Of a stretch of 64,000 nucleotides of DNA, positions 58,087 to 64,000 are shown piece after piece. The stretch is from assembly GCA_014874175.1 (NCBI GenBank), contig JACWAD010000048.1:61222-125221 (forward strand), in the 5' to 3' direction. This DNA is from Thermoleophilia bacterium (GTDB lineage Bacteria > Actinomycetota > Thermoleophilia > BMS3ABIN01). The position numbers were made by a program, and so were the translations under genes. The notes under the pieces were generated by a model, which ran no database searches, was not told where the DNA came from, and was given only the letters and a program-made list of their open reading frames with translations. How positions within the stretch are numbered: position 1 is the first letter of the stretch; the number at the start of each line of letters is the position of its first letter.

Positions 58087-59174
58087 TGTTTGATGATTTA
58101 ATCGGCCAGCCCCATGCCGCCCGTCTGCTGACGGCAGCCATCCATAACAAGCAGCCCAGCCACGCCTATTTATTCGCCGGGCCGCAGGGCAGCGGCAAGA
58201 GAATGGCGGCGCTCAAGTTTGCCGCTGCCATCTGCTGTGGGCAGGGTGGTTGCGGCTCATGCTCCACCTGTCAGAAGGCGGCCAAGGAAATCCATCCCGA
58301 CGTCATTACGATCAAACCGGACGGCTCAATAATCAAAGTTGAGCAGATTCGCGAGGTGAACCGCTCGCTCAGGCTGAGTCCGCATGAATCGCAGGCGCGG
58401 GTGTTCATCATCGGTGACGCAGCGGCGTTTAATGATGAGAGCGCCAACGCTTTCCTCAAGTCTCTCGAGGAGCCGCCTGCCTTTGTTTTTTTTCTGCTGC
58501 TGGCGTCAAGGCTGCAGGCGGTTCTGCCTACAATTGCCTCCCGCTGCCAGATCGTCCGCTTCAGCCAGGTGCCTGCAGCCGATATTGAGTCTTATCTTTC
58601 TGCCAGGTTCCAGATCACTGCTTTAAAAAGGGAGGCATTTGCCAGGGTTTGCGGCGGCAACCTCAGGCTGGCGGAGGCTTTGTGCGTTGACGCCGGACTT
58701 GCCGGACGGCGGGAATTGTATCTTGACGTCGCGGCCAGGCTGGCTCAGGACGGGAACGAAAATGCCGCCGGCATGGCGGCCGAAATTGAGACAGCCATTC
58801 TTGATGTGCCTGCGCCGGCAGGCGGCGACGAAGAACTGCCGGAAGGGTTTAAGGCCAGCCAGAAACAGAGGCAGCAGGACGCCCGCCGCCGCGAAAGAGC
58901 GGCCCGGAAACGGGAGCTGTCCCTGGCGCTGGATTTGCTTGCATCCTGGTACCGTGATATGACGGCAGTCGCGGCCGGGGCCAGGGACGTAATCGTAAAC
59001 AGGGACTATGAGCTGGAGCTGGAGGACCAGGCGCTGCCCTCCCGGCTTGATAATTATCTGAGGGCTGTTGGCGTCATCGAGAATACGCGCAAAAAACTAG
59101 GCTATAATATTGACTTGGGACTTGCTCTTACGGCCATGTTTTACGAACTTACGGAGGTTTTGCAGGTTGCCTGA
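58086..59174 (+). CDS. holB: DNA polymerase III delta-prime subunit (HolB)
   Basis: FDDLIGQPHAARLL, GPQGSGKRMAALKFAAAICC, zinc-module CGSCSTCQ, SRC motif; TTG at 58086 preferred over upstream GTG 58035 that would translate the repeat element. Confidence 0.8.
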   Translation: MFDDLIGQPHAARLLTAAIHNKQPSHAYLFAGPQGSGKRMAALKFAAAICCGQGGCGSCSTCQKAAKEIHPDVITIKPDGSIIKVEQIREVNRSLRLSPHESQARVFIIGDAAAFNDESANAFLKSLEEPPAFVFFLLLASRLQAVLPTIASRCQIVRFSQVPAADIESYLSARFQITALKREAFARVCGGNLRLAEALCVDAGLAGRRELYLDVAARLAQDGNENAAGMAAEIETAILDVPAPAGGDEELPEGFKASQKQRQQDARRRERAARKRELSLALDLLASWYRDMTAVAAGARDVIVNRDYELELEDQALPSRLDNYLRAVGVIENTRKKLGYNIDLGLALTAMFYELTEVLQVA

Positions 59175-60027
59175 GCTGGCTGAAATCGTGTTTAGTTGCG
59201 GTGGCAGGGTTTATTCTTTTGATCCTGCCGGGTTAAGCTTGGACGTCGGCGACCAGGTGATTGTCCGCACTAGCCGGGGCATTGAGCTGGGAAAGGTGGT
59301 CGCCGCCAGCCACGAAGTCCCCGAGAGTGAAATTGTTGCGCCTTTGGAGAAAGTTATCCGCATTGCCAGCCCCGGCGATCTTGACGCGGCCGAACGCAAT
59401 CAGAAGCTGGCGGGCCGGGCGGCGCAGGTTTGCGAGGAAAAGATCCGGGAATATGGCCTGGATATGAGGCTGATCAGCGCCGAGGTTGTTTTCGACGGCA
59501 GCAAGATTATCCTCTCGTTTTTATCTGAGGAACGGGTCGATTTCCGCCAACTGGTTGAGGACCTGGCCAAGAAATTTCGCACCAGGGTTGAGTTCCGGCA
59601 GGTGGGCGTGCGCGACGAGGCAAGGCTTATCGGCGGCTACGGTCCCTGTGGCCGCAAGATGTGCTGCACCATGTTTGCCGGCGACCAGCAGCCCGTTTCT
59701 ATCAAAATGGCAAAGGATCAGAACCTGCCGCTAAATCCGATGAAGATTTCAGGCATCTGCGGCCGCCTGATGTGCTGCCTTAAATATGAGCATCAGTGCT
59801 ACCGGGATTTCAAAGAGAGGGCTCCCCGCAAAGGAGCTCCGGTCAGGACCGCCCAGGGCGAGGGCACCGTCGCTGACTATTGCGTCCCCCGGGAAACGGT
59901 GAGGATAGATGTTGGCGAGGGCAGGCAGATCGAGGCTTCTTTGGACCAGATATTGCCTCCACAGCAGGAGCAGGAGAAGGACGGAGCCGGCAGCCGCCGC
60001 GGCCGTGAGCGCCGGCCGAGGCGGTAG
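59168..60027 (+). CDS. ricT: PSP1-domain protein RicT (YaaT)
   Basis: PSP1 C-terminal domain with CGRKMCC ... CGRLMCCLKYEHQCY; TTG start overlapping holB stop; conserved tmk-holB-yaaT order. Confidence 0.85.
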
Positions 60028-60030
60028 GGT

Positions 60031-60855
60031 TTGGACCCGCGGCCAATTGGCATGTTCGACTCCGGCGTCGGCGGCCTGACGGTGCTGCATGAGTGCCTTG
60101 TGACGTTGCCGGAAGAGGACTTCATCTACCTTGGCGACAACGGCCGCTTCCCCTACGGGTCAAGAACTGCAGGCGAAATCAGGGATTTTGCCGGCCAGAT
60201 TGCCTCTCATCTCTTGGCCCTGGACGTCAAGCTGCTGGTAGTGGCGTGCAATTCAGCCACGGCGGCGGCGCTGCCCTGGCTGCAGGAGCGGCTGGACGCC
60301 GCCATTGTCGGGGCTGTTTTCCCTGAGTCCGAGGCGGCCGTGCAGATTACCAGGAACCGGCGCGTGGGCGTGATGGCCACCGAGGCGACCATTGCCAGCG
60401 GCAGCTACAGGCGGGCGCTGACGGATCTGGACGCAGGTCTTGACGTATTCTCGCAGCCGTGTCCGCGTCTGGCCTCCATGATCCAGAACGGCGACGTCTC
60501 TTCGCCGGCAATGATAGAAATTGTCAAAGGATACGCGGCGCCGCTGAAGGCGGCCGGGGTGGACACGGTCATCCTCGGCTGCACCCATTATCCTCTGGTG
60601 ACGCCGATGCTGAAGCGGATTCTGGGCAGGGACGTGACACTGGTCAGTCCGGCACAGGAGATTGCCCGGCTGGTTGCCGCGACACTGCGGCGCAAGGGCG
60701 CTCAAAACCGGACCGGGCGCGAGGGAAGATATTCGTTCCTTTGCACCGGCGATGTGGAATCGTTCGTAGAGGTGGGGGCGCGCTTTTTGCAGATGCCCTT
60801 TGAGAACGTCAGCAAGGTTGAGATTTCCGGACTGGAAAGGATGGGTGTGGCGTGA
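60031..60855 (+). CDS. murI: Glutamate racemase
   Basis: IGMFDSGVGGLTV, VVACNSATA, GCTHYPLV active-site motifs. Confidence 0.92.
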   Translation: MDPRPIGMFDSGVGGLTVLHECLVTLPEEDFIYLGDNGRFPYGSRTAGEIRDFAGQIASHLLALDVKLLVVACNSATAAALPWLQERLDAAIVGAVFPESEAAVQITRNRRVGVMATEATIASGSYRRALTDLDAGLDVFSQPCPRLASMIQNGDVSSPAMIEIVKGYAAPLKAAGVDTVILGCTHYPLVTPMLKRILGRDVTLVSPAQEIARLVAATLRRKGAQNRTGREGRYSFLCTGDVESFVEVGARFLQMPFENVSKVEISGLERMGVA

Positions 60856-60880
60856 ACTTTTCCCCCGGGAGGCAATCATA

Positions 60881-61612
60881 ATGGCCCTTAAAAGGCCGGA
60901 CGGCCGCCCCGCCGACGGCATCAGGCCGCTCAGGTTTACCCCCGGCTTTATTGAGTGGGCCGACGGCTCGGTGCTGATTGAAGCAGGCAAGACAAAGGTG
61001 ATTTGCGCCGCAACCATTCAGGACGGCGTCCCTCCCTGGCTGAGAGGACACGGCAGCGGCTGGGTTACGGCTGAGTACAGCATGCTGCCGGCGGCCACGC
61101 CGGGGCGCAAGATCCGCGAAGCCGTCAGGGGAAAACAGGAAGGGCGCACGGTTGAGATCCAGCGGCTGGTCGGGCGCAGCCTGCGCGCCGTTGTGGATAT
61201 GCGCGCCCTGGGCGACCGCACCGCCTGGATCGACTGCGACGTCATCCAGGCCGACGGCGGCACCCGCTGCGCCTCGGTCTCCGGCGCTTACGTGGCTCTT
61301 TACCTGGCGCTGGCGGGACTTGTGGACAGGGATTTCATCAAGGAGCTGCCGCTTAAGGATTCCATTGCCGCCGTCAGCGTCGGCGTGCGGGGGGGCGAGC
61401 CGGTGCTGGACCTTGATTACGTGGAGGACAGCAGCGCCGAAGTTGACATGAACGTCATCATGACCGGCTCCGGCAGGCTGGTGGAAGTTCAGGCAACTGC
61501 GGAGAAAGAGGCCTTCTCCCGCGAACTCCTTGCCCGCCTGCTTGACCTCGCCGCAGAGGGGATCCGGCAGATCGGGGCAGAGCAGTTGAAAGTGACGGCA
61601 AACAGATCCTAG
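60881..61612 (+). CDS. rph: Ribonuclease PH
   Basis: MALKRPDGRPADGIRPLRF..., GSGWVTAEYSMLP, DCDVIQADGGTR; ATG at 60881 after GGGAGG; supplied ORF over-extended upstream. Confidence 0.92.
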   Translation: MALKRPDGRPADGIRPLRFTPGFIEWADGSVLIEAGKTKVICAATIQDGVPPWLRGHGSGWVTAEYSMLPAATPGRKIREAVRGKQEGRTVEIQRLVGRSLRAVVDMRALGDRTAWIDCDVIQADGGTRCASVSGAYVALYLALAGLVDRDFIKELPLKDSIAAVSVGVRGGEPVLDLDYVEDSSAEVDMNVIMTGSGRLVEVQATAEKEAFSRELLARLLDLAAEGIRQIGAEQLKVTANRS

Positions 61613-61675
61613 GAGAATCCGGGCAGGCGCCGCCGCTTTCTTTTACTGCCCGGTTTGCCTCGTCTGACCGCGGTT

Positions 61676-64000
61676 CTAAAGCCCCGGCACGGTCCCCTGC
61701 ACTTCGTTGAAATACCCGCTCCAGAGCACCCGCTGCGAGGCCAGAATGTTTTGCGGAGTGCCGCCGCCTGGCGAGTGGGCCCGCACTTCGACCAGGCCTC
61801 CCATAACGCCCGGGAAGCGGGGATACGCCATCGAGCCGGGCATCCCCTTTGGCGCCAGGGTGTATGAGCTTCTGAATGCCCCTCCGATATAGACATCTGC
61901 GGTGACGTACTGGTTTTCCGTATTGGCGAGCAGGACCCAGTTCAGTGAGCCTGGGGACAGGTTGTCGTACCAGGTCCAGTCGTACGAGGACGACAGCGCC
62001 GTAGCGCGGTAGCCCGGCACTTCCTCGAACGAAGGGCCCCATATGCTCCTCTGGGAAGCGATCACGCTGGCCGGCTGGCTGCCGCCAACCGCGTCCGACC
62101 AGGCCTGAACTTCCACCGGCCCGCCCATGACGCCCGGGAAAGTGGGAGTCGCTTCCCGGCCGCCGGCAAGCACGCCGGCCGCGCAGCGGCGGGCGTCGCC
62201 ATTCTGGCAGCCGCCGGCGATGCTGATCTGGTAATAGACTGCCGAGGCGCCGGGATTGGCCACCAGCACCCAGTTTTTGGCGCCGGCGGACTGCATGTCG
62301 TACCAGGTCCAGTAATACTGGCTGGAAAGCTCCGAATAGCTCCCGGCCGGGATCCCGCCGACTTCATTGAAGGCGGTGCCGCCGCCGGTCGTCACGCGCT
62401 GGGAAGCGATCACATGCTCCGGGGTTCCGGGGGAGCCCTGTTTCCATGCGTTTACCAGAACGGGACCGCCCATCCGGCCGGGAAAGTCAGGCGTAACCCT
62501 CTGGCCAGGGGCCAGGTTATACGTTCCGGTGATCTGTGTTTTTGACACTACGTCAAAGAAAGATACCTGGGTTGTAACGGCGTCCGTCGTGCTGGGGTTG
62601 CCCACCAGCACCCAGTTTTTAAAGCCGGGACTGAATTCATCGTACCAGGTCCAGTAGTACTGGCTGGAAAGCTTGCTTTCGTCAATCGCCGGCGTCTCCT
62701 CGAGCGAGTTGCCGAAGAGCACCCGCTGGGAGATCACCGCCGGCAGCCCCGACAGCTTGTTGACGGTCAGCGGGCCGCCCATCCTGCCCGGCCAGGTCGT
62801 AAAGGCAGACTTGCCGTGCCTGGAGTCCAGGTAGGCCGCAGCCAGGGGCGGATTGCCCAGCTGGGCCCAGAAGTGGGCCTCGCCGCCGAATTCGCTGGGG
62901 TCGGCGGCCAGCAGCCAGTCCTTCATCCCCGGGCTCTGCTGGTCGTACCAGGTGAAGAAGGAGCGGGTGCCGAAGGTGAGCGTCCAGTCAAGCAGCATAG
63001 GACTTTTCCGGCAGGGATAACATAGCGACCTGAATGCCGCCATCAGCTGCAGCTGGGGATACTTGTTCGGGTCCAGGCCGGAAAGGACGATGGAATTGCC
63101 GCGGAAGCCCCGGGAGTTCCCGGGCAGATCCGAGTCCGGCACCAGGCCGACGCCCGGCTGGAACACCTGCACGTAAAGGTCTTGGCCGTTTAAGGCCGCG
63201 GTTGTCAGCACCTCGCCCCACTTGATGCCGGGATATTTGCCGGTGTAATTTGTGATGTCAATCACCGGCGACAGCGTGTAGCCGGATTGGTCGAAGTCCA
63301 TCCTAATAAACTGGTCTGTTGAAAGCTGCAGGTAATCACACTGGTTATATGTGCCGCAGTTCTGGCCAAACGCAGGGTCTGCATTAACATTCCAGAGTAC
63401 GGGCTGGTCCATCAGGTTGACATGGGTGGTGTTGCTGAACAGGTTGTAGTAGCCGTTTACCTTTACTGTCTTAAAATCGGTCAGTACCCCATAGGGAGTG
63501 TCGTTGGGCGTATTCCAGGCATTTGGATCGTTTAGCTCAACCGAGAGCAGAAAGATGTCGGGGTTCGAGTCCAGGGGGAGGGTGCTGTTGGTCCAGAGCA
63601 GGTTTCCGTTTACCCAGTACTGGGTGTTTCCCTGGCCGTCGTATACCAGCCGCAGATCGTAAAAAACGGGATTTCCCTGGCTGTCCTTCTCTGGCAGATT
63701 TTGATTTGTAAAGCCGCCAACGGACGGAAGCGTCTTCGACTGGTCATGGGCGGGTCCGCCGGCGTCCCACATAGCAACCGCCCTGAGGCCGCCGCCGTTG
63801 CCGTCATCCTGCAGGGCTATCTCCTCGTAACCGCTCTCGCCGTCGTAGATGGTGACGCCGCCAAAGCACGTGGTGGTTTGCGGCCGACTCGGATCAGGCC
63901 GGGTGTTGACCTGGGTTTCGACGTCGATCGGTGTGTCCTTATTGAAGGCCTGCTTTGACTCGATCCCCCAGCTGACGCCCTGCATCTGCAGGTACTCGTC
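61676..64000 (-). CDS. Large secreted-type protein with four C-terminal ~110-aa tandem repeats (WTWYD ... NWVLVANP ... FPGVMGGPVEV ... VIASQRV ... FNEV); N-terminus beyond window
   Basis: 769+ aa ORF, no stop upstream to window edge; internal repeats evident in translation; Asn/Gly/Trp/Tyr-rich. Confidence 0.6.
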   Translation of the reverse strand, partial: DEYLQMQGVSWGIESKQAFNKDTPIDVETQVNTRPDPSRPQTTTCFGGVTIYDGESGYEEIALQDDGNGGGLRAVAMWDAGGPAHDQSKTLPSVGGFTNQNLPEKDSQGNPVFYDLRLVYDGQGNTQYWVNGNLLWTNSTLPLDSNPDIFLLSVELNDPNAWNTPNDTPYGVLTDFKTVKVNGYYNLFSNTTHVNLMDQPVLWNVNADPAFGQNCGTYNQCDYLQLSTDQFIRMDFDQSGYTLSPVIDITNYTGKYPGIKWGEVLTTAALNGQDLYVQVFQPGVGLVPDSDLPGNSRGFRGNSIVLSGLDPNKYPQLQLMAAFRSLCYPCRKSPMLLDWTLTFGTRSFFTWYDQQSPGMKDWLLAADPSEFGGEAHFWAQLGNPPLAAAYLDSRHGKSAFTTWPGRMGGPLTVNKLSGLPAVISQRVLFGNSLEETPAIDESKLSSQYYWTWYDEFSPGFKNWVLVGNPSTTDAVTTQVSFFDVVSKTQITGTYNLAPGQRVTPDFPGRMGGPVLVNAWKQGSPGTPEHVIASQRVTTGGGTAFNEVGGIPAGSYSELSSQYYWTWYDMQSAGAKNWVLVANPGASAVYYQISIAGGCQNGDARRCAAGVLAGGREATPTFPGVMGGPVEVQAWSDAVGGSQPASVIASQRSIWGPSFEEVPGYRATALSSSYDWTWYDNLSPGSLNWVLLANTENQYVTADVYIGGAFRSSYTLAPKGMPGSMAYPRFPGVMGGLVEVRAHSPGGGTPQNILASQRVLWSGYFNEVQGTVPGL

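Overview
This is a gene-dense, ~60% GC bacterial chromosomal segment with about 60 protein-coding genes and no rRNA, tRNA, CRISPR array or transposase/integrase that I can support. Gene order suggests Firmicutes-like synteny: comFC-hpf-secA-(GT-C insertion)-prfB, tmk-holB-yaaT(ricT)-murI-rph, and the origin-proximal block mnmE-(gidA-like)-mnmG-rsmG-parA-parB followed by a Roadblock/LC7 gene. A perfect 22-bp palindromic parS site lies inside mnmG.

Other recognisable content:
- a sulfur-trafficking module (yeeE-tusA-dsrE-like x2 plus a short dsrH-like ORF)
- cspA, vanZ, ftsEX, ctpA (partial), split transketolase, ICMT, yeaQ, hisG
- prfB with its canonical CUU-UGA-C +1 programmed frameshift
- a hexose-phosphate/NDP-sugar cluster (PMM, sulfatase-like, PGI/PMI, nucleotidyltransferase)
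- mtnA, ahcY, csoR with a textbook operator, PBP1A, nrdR-nrdJ (B12 class II RNR), a GGDEF cyclase, family-4 UDG, rlmD, tatC
- an envelope module (GT-C - MctB-like - polysaccharide deacetylase), amidohydrolase, TPR protein, type IA topoisomerase
- a large secreted-type protein with four ~110-aa internal repeats, partial at the window edge

Most interesting observations:
- a Roadblock/LC7 gene translationally coupled to parB
- a domain-minimised MnmG paralog wedged between mnmE and mnmG
- a candidate presenilin/SPP-like intramembrane protease operon
- a thioredoxin-domain yyaL-like gene broken by two frameshifts plus a 51-bp tandem duplication
- a His-rich ORF pair in overlapping frames
- a small intergenic repeat family (AAGTTCCARGTTCAAAGTT)
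- exactly 200-bp-spaced CATCC-N10-GGATG palindromes upstream of mnmG
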